From: Lachnospiraceae bacterium | GTDB lineage: Bacteria > Bacillota > Clostridia > Lachnospirales > Lachnospiraceae | Reading direction: 5' to 3' | Assembly: GCA_016301965.1 (NCBI GenBank) | Contig: JAEDOO010000001.1 | Coordinates: 4,283 to 68,282 of the forward strand | DNA length: 64,000 nucleotides | In this document: in pieces, positions 28,421 through 38,125 of the stretch | How positions within the stretch are numbered: position 1 is the first letter of the stretch | Layout: every line of letters starts with the position of its first letter | Translations under genes and position numbers: made by a program | Notes under the pieces: generated by a model | Seen by the model: the letters and a program-made list of their open reading frames with translations, nothing else | Database searches by the model: none | What the model was told of the DNA's origin: nothing

Positions 28421-28450
28421 GTACAAGTGGTACAAAGTGGAGAAAAGTGG
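28421..28450 (+). promoter_or_regulatory. candidate MraZ operator: three AAGTGG boxes at exact 10-bp period
   Basis: gtacAAGTGG tacaAAGTGG agaaAAGTGG, with GTGG at 28427, 28437 and 28447. The boxes lie just downstream of the -10. Confidence 0.55.
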
Positions 28451-28542
28451 TGGCAAAGGGAGGAACTGTGGCGGTTTCACTGACGCTGCCGGATGATAGA
28501 CAGGAGGGAGCTGTTGATCATCAGATAAGAGGTTGTTGCATT

Positions 28543-28974
28543 ATGTTCATGGGAGAATACAGTCATTCGATTGACGCAAAGGGGAGATTGATCATACCGT
28601 CGAAGTTCAGAGAACAGCTTGGGGAAGAGTTCGTACTGACAAAAGGCCTTGATGGTTGTCTTTCTATCTATCCCATGGATGAATGGACCGCTTTCGAAGA
28701 AAAACTCAAAGCTTTACCACTGACGAATAAAAATGCGCGAACCTTTTCAAGATTCTTTGTTGCAGGCGCTACATCCTGTGAACTGGACAAGCAGGGGAGA
28801 ATTCTCATTCCGGCAACGCTGAGAGAATTTGCTGGTCTGGAAAAGGATGTTGTACTGACTGGTAACATTACAAGGATCGAGATCTGGAGCAAAGAGAAGT
28901 GGGCAGAGAACAGTAACTATGATGATATGGATGCCATCGCAGAAGGTATGCAGGAAATGGGAATAGTGATCTGA
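28543..28974 (+). CDS. mraZ: transcriptional regulator MraZ
   Basis: [23 protein letters not shown] plus a second half with DKQGRILIP. The track ORF start 28447 runs through the operator region, so ATG 28543 is preferred. Confidence 0.92.
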   Translation: MFMGEYSHSIDAKGRLIIPSKFREQLGEEFVLTKGLDGCLSIYPMDEWTAFEEKLKALPLTNKNARTFSRFFVAGATSCELDKQGRILIPATLREFAGLEKDVVLTGNITRIEIWSKEKWAENSNYDDMDAIAEGMQEMGIVI

Positions 28975-28975
28975 T

Positions 28976-29914
28976 ATGGAATTCAAGCACACATCGGTTT
29001 TACTGAAGGAAACCATCGATAATCTGAACATCAGACCGGATGGAATATATGTAGACGGTACTCTGGGAGGAGCCGGACATGCATCCGAGGTTTGCAGACA
29101 ATTATCCGCCACGGGGAGATTTTTTGGAATAGATCAGGATGCAGCAGCAATTCGGGCTGCCGGTGAACGTCTGGCACCTTTTGGGGAAAAGGTCACCATC
29201 ATCCGCAGCAATTACTGCCATATGGTCCGCGAACTGCAGAACAGGGGAGTCAGGGGCGTGGACGGTATTGTTCTTGATCTGGGAGTATCCTCCTATCAGC
29301 TGGATGAGGCTGACAGAGGATTTACCTATCGCTTTGACGCTCCGCTGGATATGCGCATGGATCAGCGACAGGAAAAAACAGCAGGGGATATTGTAAATGA
29401 ATACACTGAAAGTGAATTATACAGAGTGATCCGGGACTACGGTGAGGATCAGTTCGCCAGGAATATTGCCAAGCATATTTGCATAGCCCGGCAGAAGGAG
29501 CCAATCCGTACCACCGGAGAACTCGTGGAGATCATCAAACAGGCCATTCCGATGAAAGTGAGGGCCAAGGGTGGTCATCCCGCAAAAAAGACCTTTCAGG
29601 CACTTCGCATTGAATTAAATCAGGAGTTGACGGTTCTGGAAGAGTCTCTGGATGATATGATCGGCTTTTTGAACGATGGCGGCCGTATCTGTATCATTAC
29701 CTTTCATTCATTGGAAGACCGTATTGTAAAATCCATTTTCAGGAAAAATGAAAATCCGTGTATTTGTCCGCCGAGTTTCCCGGTATGTGTCTGTGGAAGA
29801 ACACCAAAGGGAAGAGTGATCACAAGAAAACCCATACTTCCGGACGAAAAGGAAATGGAAGAAAACTCACGTTCAAAGAGCGCTAAACTTCGAGTGTTTG
29901 AGCGCATAAAATAA
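28976..29914 (+). CDS. rsmH: 16S rRNA (cytosine1402-N4)-methyltransferase
   Basis: Motifs [17 protein letters not shown] and FHSLEDR. Confidence 0.94.
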   Translation: MEFKHTSVLLKETIDNLNIRPDGIYVDGTLGGAGHASEVCRQLSATGRFFGIDQDAAAIRAAGERLAPFGEKVTIIRSNYCHMVRELQNRGVRGVDGIVLDLGVSSYQLDEADRGFTYRFDAPLDMRMDQRQEKTAGDIVNEYTESELYRVIRDYGEDQFARNIAKHICIARQKEPIRTTGELVEIIKQAIPMKVRAKGGHPAKKTFQALRIELNQELTVLEESLDDMIGFLNDGGRICIITFHSLEDRIVKSIFRKNENPCICPPSFPVCVCGRTPKGRVITRKPILPDEKEMEENSRSKSAKLRVFERIK

Positions 29915-30423
29915 TGGATCAGGTGGTGTATCGGGTGAGTACAGCATATAGAAAATCACACAGTGTTGACATCAGGGATAACACAGGGTATTATGTGGAT
30001 GGCAATACCGTTCGGGTAGCTCCTGCCCAGTGGGAGGAGGAGCAGACCAGAAAACGGCAGGTCAGCAGCAAAACCAGAAAAAACAGAACAAAAGCCATGA
30101 GCATGAGCCGTGGATTTGTCGTATTCCTGTCGGCAATGTCTATCATGGCTATGTTTATGTGTGTTTCCTACGTTCAGCTTAAGACGGAGATTACCAGGCA
30201 GACCAAAAGGATTGCGTCTTTGCAGACAGATCTCAATGATCTGAAATCCGATAATGATGCTTTGGAGAATTCATATGAAGCATCTGTGGATCTGACACAG
30301 GTCTATGAGATAGCAACGGAGAAGCTTGGTATGCATTATCCGAACGAGGAACAGATCGTTTCATACAATGCCGACGGCAGCGGATATGTACGTCAGTACA
30401 GAGACGTGCCCGGAGATAAATAA
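29914..30423 (+). CDS. ftsL: FtsL-like cell division protein (single TM + coiled coil)
   Basis: 169 aa with a TAATG overlap with rsmH. TM segment FVVFLSAMSIMAMFMCV is followed by a heptad-like region. It sits in the conserved position in the dcw cluster. Confidence 0.7.
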   Translation: MDQVVYRVSTAYRKSHSVDIRDNTGYYVDGNTVRVAPAQWEEEQTRKRQVSSKTRKNRTKAMSMSRGFVVFLSAMSIMAMFMCVSYVQLKTEITRQTKRIASLQTDLNDLKSDNDALENSYEASVDLTQVYEIATEKLGMHYPNEEQIVSYNADGSGYVRQYRDVPGDK

Positions 30424-30443
30424 GAAATAAAAGAGGTAAGCGT

Positions 30444-32681
30444 GTGGCAGTAAAAAACAGACGGAGAAGAAAAGACCCCGTTTCGGAACGAAAACTGAAC
30501 GCTACGATGAGAACAAAGCTGGTAGGACTGTTTGCAATAGTCATACTGGCTTTTGTCGGTTTAGCGATTCGAATTACAGTGATCAATGCGCAGGATGGTG
30601 ATGCCTATAAAAAGAAGGTCCTGACGCAGTCTCAGCAGCAGTATTCCAGCAAGACGATTCCCTTTAAACGAGGAGATATTCTGGATACCAACGGAACCGT
30701 ACTGGCTACCAGTGAAAAGGTATATAACCTGATTCTGGATTGCAAAGTGGTGAATACAAAGGAGGAGTATGCAGAACCCACCATTGCTGCACTGAAAAAG
30801 TACTTTGGTGTGGAAGAAAGCGATGTGAGAGGCAGACTGGAGTCTGAGAAAACCAGAAACAGTCAGTATCAGATCCTGCAGAAGGAAGTAACCATTGAGC
30901 AAAAAAAAGCTTTTGAGGCCTACGTATCTCCAGAGGATGAAGATAAGGAAAAACTTACCGCAGAGCAGCTGGCAGAACGAAAAAAGGTAAAGGGGATATG
31001 GTTTGAGGAAACTTATAAGAGAATCTATCCTCTGAATTCTCTGGCCTGTGATGTCATCGGTTTTACGTATGATGGTACAACGGCCGACTGGGGAATTGAA
31101 GGTTATTATGGAAGTGTATTAAATGGCACGAATGGTCGGCAGTATGGGTATATCACCGAAGAGGATACAACGCAGCAGACGATCATTGAACCAAAGGATG
31201 GATCTACGATCGTATCTACCATAGATGCTAATATACAGAAAATTGTAGAAGAAAAATTAGCCTATCTCTGGAAAGCTTTGTCCAACGGTCCAAATGGCAG
31301 TGACGGTGCGGCAAACATCGGTGTGGTGGTACAGAATCCCAAAAACGGAGAAATTCTGGCTATGGCCAGTTCCCGTCCGTATGACCTGAATTCTCCCCGT
31401 GATCTGTCTTTGTTTTATACAGAAGAAGAACTGGAACATATGTCCGAGGAAAAGATGCTGGAAAAACTGCAGGAAATCTGGCAGAATTACTGCATCAGCA
31501 CACCTTTTGAACCGGGTTCGACTTTTAAACCGGTGACCATTGCTTCTGCATTGGATTGTGCGGATGTTTCAGAAGAGGATGTATTTCTTTGTGATGGTTT
31601 TGAAAAGTTCGGAAACAGCATGATCAAGTGCAGTGTATACCCACGAAGACATGGAGAACAGACGCTGGCGGATGCCTTAAAAAATTCATGCAACGATGCG
31701 CTGATGCAGATCGGTGCAGCCATGGGTGACAAACAGTTCTTACAATATCAGAAAAATTTTGGCTTTGGCAGCCGAACGGGGATCGATCTTCCCGGTGAGG
31801 CTTCCGGTATTATTTTCACCGAAGATTCTATGGGTGTGACGGAGCTGGCTTCTTCTTCTTTTGGACAGGGATTTACCTGTACCATGCTGCAGGAGATCAA
31901 TGCGTTCAGTGCCTGTATCAATGGAGGATATCTGTACAAGCCCTCTGTAATGAAAGAAATAATCAGCAATACTGGGGCTGTGGAACAGTCTTTTGATGCC
32001 ACGGTGGTGCGTCAGGCGGTATCCTCTGAAGTTTCCGACCGTGTCAGAGAATATCTGGGAACAGTCACCGGTTCAGATGGTACGGGTAAATACGCCAAAG
32101 TCAATGGCTACAGTATGGGCGGAAAAACAGGTACTGCGCAGAAGATGGGTACTGCCAATAAAGGAAAATACCTGGTTTCTTTTATCGGTTTTGCTCCGCT
32201 TAATGATCCGGAAGTGGTAGTGTATGTTGTTGTAGATGAACCAAATGCTGCCTCACAGGCGGACAGCCGTTACCCGCAGTGGCTGGCCCGGGAGATCATG
32301 CAGGAGCTTCTTCCCTATTTGAATATCTTCCCGGACGAGGAAGAAAAGAAAGAAGTGAATTCTGTCAGAATTTTCAACGAAATGGTTGAGTATATGTATG
32401 AAGAACAGGTGAAGCAGGAAGAATGGGCCAAGCAGAAAGCTGCAGCCGATACAGCTGCCCAGGAGGCAGGTACAACGACAACGGCGGATCCGGCACAAAC
32501 CACGGTTCCTGCAACAGGACAGACCGGCACGGATATTCTGAACGATCCGGATGCCGCACCGCCCCAGGAGGCAGACAATACAGATCTTGCCGTTCCGCCT
32601 CAGGATACAGAAAAGATCACAGGTGGTGAACAGCTGGATGATGATGGTATTGCCAATGATGACGCGGATATGATCAACTGA
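30444..32681 (+). CDS. class B penicillin-binding protein (FtsI/PBP2 family) with low-complexity C-terminal tail
   Basis: GTG start after AAGAGG. Motifs STFKP (SxxK), SCN and KTGT. Confidence 0.9.
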   Translation: MAVKNRRRRKDPVSERKLNATMRTKLVGLFAIVILAFVGLAIRITVINAQDGDAYKKKVLTQSQQQYSSKTIPFKRGDILDTNGTVLATSEKVYNLILDCKVVNTKEEYAEPTIAALKKYFGVEESDVRGRLESEKTRNSQYQILQKEVTIEQKKAFEAYVSPEDEDKEKLTAEQLAERKKVKGIWFEETYKRIYPLNSLACDVIGFTYDGTTADWGIEGYYGSVLNGTNGRQYGYITEEDTTQQTIIEPKDGSTIVSTIDANIQKIVEEKLAYLWKALSNGPNGSDGAANIGVVVQNPKNGEILAMASSRPYDLNSPRDLSLFYTEEELEHMSEEKMLEKLQEIWQNYCISTPFEPGSTFKPVTIASALDCADVSEEDVFLCDGFEKFGNSMIKCSVYPRRHGEQTLADALKNSCNDALMQIGAAMGDKQFLQYQKNFGFGSRTGIDLPGEASGIIFTEDSMGVTELASSSFGQGFTCTMLQEINAFSACINGGYLYKPSVMKEIISNTGAVEQSFDATVVRQAVSSEVSDRVREYLGTVTGSDGTGKYAKVNGYSMGGKTGTAQKMGTANKGKYLVSFIGFAPLNDPEVVVYVVVDEPNAASQADSRYPQWLAREIMQELLPYLNIFPDEEEKKEVNSVRIFNEMVEYMYEEQVKQEEWAKQKAAADTAAQEAGTTTTADPAQTTVPATGQTGTDILNDPDAAPPQEADNTDLAVPPQDTEKITGGEQLDDDGIANDDADMIN

Positions 32682-32739
32682 TGTATAACCCCACAGGAAA
32701 ATCCATACATTAAATGGATAGAACCTGTGGGGATTTTTT

Positions 32740-34482
32740 GTGGATACAAACAAAATATTTCACCGGAAAAAGGTGCGCCTGTTATGTTTTTTGTTCCTCA
32801 TCTGTCTTTTGCTGCTGGGGTGCAGGCTGACATATCTTATGGTGATCCGGGGAGAATACTACAGTGATAAAGCACAGAAACTTCATGAGAGAGAACGCCC
32901 GGTAAAAGCAGCCCGGGGGAAAATACTGGACAGAAATGGAAAAGTTCTGGCAGATAACCGGGCAGTGACTACCGTATCCGTAGTACACAGCCAGATTGGT
33001 GATGCCGAAGAAGTGATCCGCGTTCTTTCAAAGAATCTGGGGATAGAGGAAGAAAAAGTACGAAAAAAGGTGGAAAAGGTTTCCTCTATGGAACGGATCG
33101 CTTCCAATGTGGATAAGGAGACAGGGGATCGCATCAGAAAACTTGGTCTTTCAGGCGTAAAAGTAGATGAGGATTATAAAAGAACGTACCCTTATGGGGA
33201 ACTGGCCTCCAGAGTTCTGGGATTTACAGGGGCAGATAATCAGGGCATCATTGGTCTGGAAGTAGAGTATGATTCCTGGCTGAAGGGTACAAATGGTACC
33301 ATTTTAAGCCTGACGGATGCTAAAGGGGTAGATCTTTCCGATACGGGGGAGAGCAGGATCGATGCGATAGACGGCTGGGATCTGACCACAAGTCTTGATC
33401 TGAATATGCAGCTCTATGCCCAGCAGGCGGCAGGAAAGGTACTGGAGGAAAAACAGGCAGACAGAGTGTCTGTTCTTATGATGAATCCTCAAAATGGAGA
33501 AATCTATGCCATGGTAAATGTGCCGGAGTTTGATCTGAATGATCCCTATACTTTGCCGCAGAGTTCAGATGGTTTGACAGAAGAAGAAAAAACAGAGCTT
33601 TTGAATGCCATGTGGAGAAATCCCTGTCTGAGTGATACGTATGAACCGGGATCGGCATTTAAGATCATCACAGCCAGCGCAGCTCTCGAAGCCGGAAAAG
33701 TTACACTGGAAGATCAGTTTTTCTGTAATGGGTATCGTATCGTGGAGGACAGGAGAATACACTGCCACAAACGTACGGGACATGGGGCGGAAACGTTTCT
33801 GCAGGGTATAGAAAATTCCTGTAATCCTGTATTTATGGATGTGGCCCAGCGCCTGGGTGCCGAGGCGTTTTATGACAGCTTTGAACGCTTTGGGCTTTTG
33901 GAAAAAACGGGTATAGATTTGCCGGGTGAGGCAGGTACGATTATGCATAAGCTGGAAGATATCGGCCCTGTAGAACTGGCAACTATGGCTTTTGGCCAGT
34001 CTTTTCAGGTGACGCCGGTACGAATGGCCGCCACGGTAAGCGCGCTGATCAACGGCGGCCATAGGGTCATTCCCCATATCGGAGTGAAGCTGACCAATGC
34101 GGATGGCAGCAGAGAAAATATACTGACCTGGGACTGTACGGAACGCATCGTCAGTGAAAAAACATCCCAGACTATGCAGTATGCGCTGGAAAAGGTAGTA
34201 TCGGAGGGCGGAGGAAGCAAGGCATACATTGAAGGGTATGCCATCGGCGGAAAAACAGCTACATCCCAGACTTTGCCCAGAAGTGCGCACCGCTATATAG
34301 CCTCTTTTATTGGTTTTGCCCCTGCGGATGATCCGGAAATTCTGGCGATGTGTATTATTGAGGATCCGCAGGGAATTTATTATGGCGGAACGATTGCTGC
34401 CCCGGTGGTGCGGGACATTTTCCTGAATATACTTCCTTATCTGGAAATTGAAAAAAGCACGGAGGAAATAGACGAAGGATAA
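32740..34482 (+). CDS. class B penicillin-binding protein (SpoVD/FtsI-like)
   Basis: GTG start. Motifs SAFKI (SxxK) and SCN. The third motif reads KTA (GGKTATSQ) instead of KTG. Confidence 0.88.
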   Translation: MDTNKIFHRKKVRLLCFLFLICLLLLGCRLTYLMVIRGEYYSDKAQKLHERERPVKAARGKILDRNGKVLADNRAVTTVSVVHSQIGDAEEVIRVLSKNLGIEEEKVRKKVEKVSSMERIASNVDKETGDRIRKLGLSGVKVDEDYKRTYPYGELASRVLGFTGADNQGIIGLEVEYDSWLKGTNGTILSLTDAKGVDLSDTGESRIDAIDGWDLTTSLDLNMQLYAQQAAGKVLEEKQADRVSVLMMNPQNGEIYAMVNVPEFDLNDPYTLPQSSDGLTEEEKTELLNAMWRNPCLSDTYEPGSAFKIITASAALEAGKVTLEDQFFCNGYRIVEDRRIHCHKRTGHGAETFLQGIENSCNPVFMDVAQRLGAEAFYDSFERFGLLEKTGIDLPGEAGTIMHKLEDIGPVELATMAFGQSFQVTPVRMAATVSALINGGHRVIPHIGVKLTNADGSRENILTWDCTERIVSEKTSQTMQYALEKVVSEGGGSKAYIEGYAIGGKTATSQTLPRSAHRYIASFIGFAPADDPEILAMCIIEDPQGIYYGGTIAAPVVRDIFLNILPYLEIEKSTEEIDEG

Positions 34483-34487
34483 AACGG

Positions 34488-34516
34488 TTGATAATTGCCT
34501 CAAAAAGCATTATACT
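34488..34516 (+). promoter_or_regulatory. candidate internal promoter upstream of mraY
   Basis: TTGATA (34488-34493), 17-nt spacer, TATACT (34511-34516). A GC hairpin ccgccgc-ttta-gcggcgg follows at 34543-34560. Confidence 0.4.
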
Positions 34517-34588
34517 GTGGGAGAATCCGACAAAAGAGAATGCCGCCGCTTTAGCGGCGGGAGCATATGAAACAGAGGTTAAAAAAAT

Positions 34589-35545
34589 ATGGATAAGTTT
34601 TTAGTGATACCGGTACTTGTGGCGTTTGCGATCAGTGTTGCAGTAGCTCCTTTTATTATCCCCTTTCTGCGAAAACTGAAGGTGGGACAGACGGAACGAG
34701 TGGATGGTGTACAGTCCCATTTGAAAAAGGCAGGCACCCCCACCATGGGAGGTATGATCTTTTTGCTGGCAACAACTGTGACATCTCTTTTTTACGTGAA
34801 GAGTTGTCCGGAAATTATTCCTGTATTGTTTCTGACACTGGGCTTTGGCCTGATCGGTTTTCTCGATGATTATCTGAAGGTGGTACTCAGGCGTTCCGAT
34901 GGTCTTTTGCCAAAACAGAAAATGGCACTGCAGATCGTTGTAACGGCAGTATTTGCCTTTTATCTGATTCGCTATACCGATATTTCTCTGAATCTGCAGA
35001 TTCCTTTTATGAATGGTTTCTGCCTGGACATTGGATGGCTGGCGGTGCCTCTCATGTTTTTTGTTGTGATCGGTACGGTAAATGGCGTGAATTTTACGGA
35101 TGGACTGGACGGACTGGCATCCAGCGTGACGGTGATGGTGGCTATTTTCTTTACGGTAGCAGCGCTGGCAAAAGGTGTAGCCATTACACCGATAACCTGT
35201 GCAGTACTGGGATCCCTGATGGGATTTTTGATCTTTAACTGTTTTCCAGCCAGTGTATTTATGGGAGATACAGGTTCTCTGGCTTTGGGCGGTTTTGTGG
35301 CAGGATGTGCCTATATGCTGCAGATGCCGGTATTTCTGCTGATCGTCGGTCTGATTTATGTGGTAGAGGTATTGTCTGTTATCATTCAGGTTACCTATTT
35401 CAAGAAGACCGGTGGAAAAAGAATTTTCAAGATGGCTCCGATCCATCATCATTTTGAGCTGTGCGGATGGTCAGAGACCAGAGTTGTATTTATTTTTGCC
35501 ATTATCACAGCAATGCTGTGTATGATTGGGTTCCTGGCAATGTAG
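34589..35545 (+). CDS. mraY: phospho-N-acetylmuramoyl-pentapeptide transferase
   Basis: Motifs NFTDGLDGLA, MGDTGSLALGG and APIHHHFE. Confidence 0.95.
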   Translation: MDKFLVIPVLVAFAISVAVAPFIIPFLRKLKVGQTERVDGVQSHLKKAGTPTMGGMIFLLATTVTSLFYVKSCPEIIPVLFLTLGFGLIGFLDDYLKVVLRRSDGLLPKQKMALQIVVTAVFAFYLIRYTDISLNLQIPFMNGFCLDIGWLAVPLMFFVVIGTVNGVNFTDGLDGLASSVTVMVAIFFTVAALAKGVAITPITCAVLGSLMGFLIFNCFPASVFMGDTGSLALGGFVAGCAYMLQMPVFLLIVGLIYVVEVLSVIIQVTYFKKTGGKRIFKMAPIHHHFELCGWSETRVVFIFAIITAMLCMIGFLAM

Positions 35546-35554
35546 GAGGATAAT

Positions 35555-36913
35555 ATGGAATTTTGTGGTAAAAAAGTACTTGTTTTCGGAACAGGAATCA
35601 GTGGTATCGGTGCTGCTGACCTGCTGACGCAGCAGGGCGCCGAAGTGATTCTTTATGATGGCAATGAAAACGTGGATAAAGATGGTGTCAGAGCCAGATT
35701 GAAAGCTCCTGAAAAAACAGAGCTCCTTCTGGGTGAGTTGGCGGATGCAGTTCTTGATGCGCTGGAGCTGGCAGTGCTAAGCCCGGGTGTTCCCACAGAT
35801 CTTCCCATCGTACTGCGAATGAAAGAAAAACGCATTCCGGTGATTGGAGAGGTTGAGCTGGCATATCAGACCGGCGCAGGCCGTGTGTTTGCCATAACCG
35901 GAACAAATGGCAAGACCACGACAACAGCGCTTCTGGGACAGATCATGAGGGACTATTACCCGGAAGTCTATGTGGTGGGAAATATAGGTACACCGTATAC
36001 ATCCGTATCTGCTGCCATGAGTGAAAAGGCGGTTACCGTTGCAGAGATCAGCAGTTTCCAGCTGGAGACGATCAGGGATTTTCATCCGGAGGTCAGCGCC
36101 ATCTTAAATATTACAGAAGATCATCTGAACCGTCATCATACTATGGAAGAGTATATTCGGGTAAAGGAAATGATCACAAAGAATCAGACAAAGGACAATA
36201 CCGTGGTTCTCAATTATGAAGATGAGGTGCTTCGGGAGTTTGGGGAAAAATCGCCCGCCAGCGTATTGTATTTTTCCAGCCGGCGCAGCCTTTCTGAAGG
36301 TATCTGTCTGGAAAATGATGATATCGTACTTCGTTACCATGGCGAAACGATCAGCGTTCTTAACGTTCATGAGCAGCATCTTCTTGGACTTCACAATTAT
36401 GAAAATATCATGGCTGCTGTGGCAATGGCATACTGTGCCGGTGTCCCCGTGGACAGCATTCGCCATTCTGTGAAAAATTTCCATGCGGTAGAGCACCGGA
36501 TCGAATTTGTCAGGGAAATCAATGGCGTGGCTTATTATAACGATTCTAAGGGAACAAATCCGGATGCTGCCATTAAGGGAATTCAGGCGATGAACCGTCC
36601 GACGCTTCTGATTGGCGGAGGATACGATAAGGAATCCAGCTATGAAGAATGGATTCGGGCCTTTGACGGCAAGGTGCGTTTCCTGGTACTGATAGGCCAG
36701 ACAAAAGAAAAGATCGCGGCGGCTGCCAGATCCTGTGGATTTACAGATATTATCCTGGAAGAGAATCTGGAAGACGCGGTGGCTACCTGTGCCAGACTGG
36801 CCAGACCAGGAGATGCCGTACTTCTTTCTCCTGCCTGCGCAAGCTGGGGACAGTTTCCGAATTATGAAGTCAGAGGAAAGATGTTTAAGGAATACGTGCA
36901 GCGCATGGCCTGA
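35555..36913 (+). CDS. murD: UDP-N-acetylmuramoylalanine--D-glutamate ligase
   Basis: VLVFGTGISGIGAA, GTNGKTTTT, and a C-terminal Mur ligase domain. Confidence 0.94.
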   Translation: MEFCGKKVLVFGTGISGIGAADLLTQQGAEVILYDGNENVDKDGVRARLKAPEKTELLLGELADAVLDALELAVLSPGVPTDLPIVLRMKEKRIPVIGEVELAYQTGAGRVFAITGTNGKTTTTALLGQIMRDYYPEVYVVGNIGTPYTSVSAAMSEKAVTVAEISSFQLETIRDFHPEVSAILNITEDHLNRHHTMEEYIRVKEMITKNQTKDNTVVLNYEDEVLREFGEKSPASVLYFSSRRSLSEGICLENDDIVLRYHGETISVLNVHEQHLLGLHNYENIMAAVAMAYCAGVPVDSIRHSVKNFHAVEHRIEFVREINGVAYYNDSKGTNPDAAIKGIQAMNRPTLLIGGGYDKESSYEEWIRAFDGKVRFLVLIGQTKEKIAAAARSCGFTDIILEENLEDAVATCARLARPGDAVLLSPACASWGQFPNYEVRGKMFKEYVQRMA

Positions 36914-36977
36914 CATAAGTTCTTGATTTTCTTTGCCGGGCATATATTTGTGACAGTAAAAGAGATCGGGGATACGT

Positions 36978-38108
36978 ATGGGGCGTTTATGGATACGCGG
37001 ACAACATCCGGATCGCCTGCTTGCAGCGGTTATTGTGCTGTTGACTGCCCTGGGCATGGTCTATCTGTACAGCACAGGTGCTTATTATGGAGCAGCAAGA
37101 TTTCATGATCCAACATATTATGTAAAAAAACAGTTTATGGCGGTCAGCCTCGGCCTGGCGGTGATGTACGGTGTATCCTGTATAGAATATACCTGGATCA
37201 CCCGCCGGGCGGGGCTGTTTTATTTTGTGTCCCTGCTTTTGTCTGCAGCCGTACTGGTAGTTGGAAAAGAATACAATGGTTCGAAAAGATGGCTGGCTTT
37301 TGGCCCCCTGTCCTTTCAGCCGGCAGAATTTGCCAAGGCAGCGGTGATTCTTCTGCTGGCTTCGGTAATCAGTAAAAAGAAGGCAGAAAACGCTGGCTTT
37401 TTCTTTGCCGTAAAGATATTTTTGCTGATTCTTCCTTCTGTTATCCTTGTAGGAACGAACAATCTGAGTACGGCAGTGATCATTTTAGGGATCGCAGCCT
37501 GTCTGATCTTTATGGCAAATCCAAAGTATCTCCAGTTTGCGGGGCTGGGAGCGGCAGCTGTTGTGATGGCCGGGATCTTTCTGGCGATGGAAAGCTATCG
37601 GCTGGAGCGAATTGCCGTCTGGCTGGATCCTGAAAATTATGACAAGGGGTTTCAGACCATACAAGGACTGTATGCCATTGGCAGCGGAGGACTGTTTGGC
37701 CTAGGCCTGGGGGCGGGACGGCAGAAACTCGGATTTGTACCTGAGGCGCAGAATGATATGATCTTTTCTATCATCTGTGAGGAAACAGGACTGGTGGGCG
37801 CCCTGCTTTTGCTGAGCCTGTTTGGCTTTTTGATTTTCCGACTGTATATCCTGTCTGTGCGGTCCAGAGATCTGGAAGGAAGTCTTCTTCTGGCGGGAAT
37901 AATGACACATATTGCCCTGCAGGTCATTCTGAATGTGGCTGTGGTGACTAACTCTATCCCGAACACAGGGATTACCCTTCCATTTATCAGCTATGGCGGA
38001 ACGTCGATCGTTTTTTTGCATGGAGAGCTGGGAGTGGCTCTGGCAGTGAGCCGGCAGGTGCCCCATCGCACAGATAGCTTTCTGGCAGCATATACTGGAT
38101 ATGAGTAA
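36978..38108 (+). CDS. ftsW: SEDS-family peptidoglycan glycosyltransferase FtsW/SpoVE
   Basis: Polytopic membrane protein with NTGITLPFISYGGTS. Confidence 0.9.
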   Translation: MGRLWIRGQHPDRLLAAVIVLLTALGMVYLYSTGAYYGAARFHDPTYYVKKQFMAVSLGLAVMYGVSCIEYTWITRRAGLFYFVSLLLSAAVLVVGKEYNGSKRWLAFGPLSFQPAEFAKAAVILLLASVISKKKAENAGFFFAVKIFLLILPSVILVGTNNLSTAVIILGIAACLIFMANPKYLQFAGLGAAAVVMAGIFLAMESYRLERIAVWLDPENYDKGFQTIQGLYAIGSGGLFGLGLGAGRQKLGFVPEAQNDMIFSIICEETGLVGALLLLSLFGFLIFRLYILSVRSRDLEGSLLLAGIMTHIALQVILNVAVVTNSIPNTGITLPFISYGGTSIVFLHGELGVALAVSRQVPHRTDSFLAAYTGYE

Positions 38109-38125
38109 AAATCCGGGGCAGAGCT

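Noticed and set aside
33565-34503. 312-aa minus-strand ORF. The same applies to 36104-37057, 53545-54498, 34601-35452 and 11409-12230.
   Set aside because: All are antisense to strongly supported + strand genes (PBP, murD/ftsW, Zn-ADH, mraY, hydrolase). None has motifs or ribosome-binding sites.
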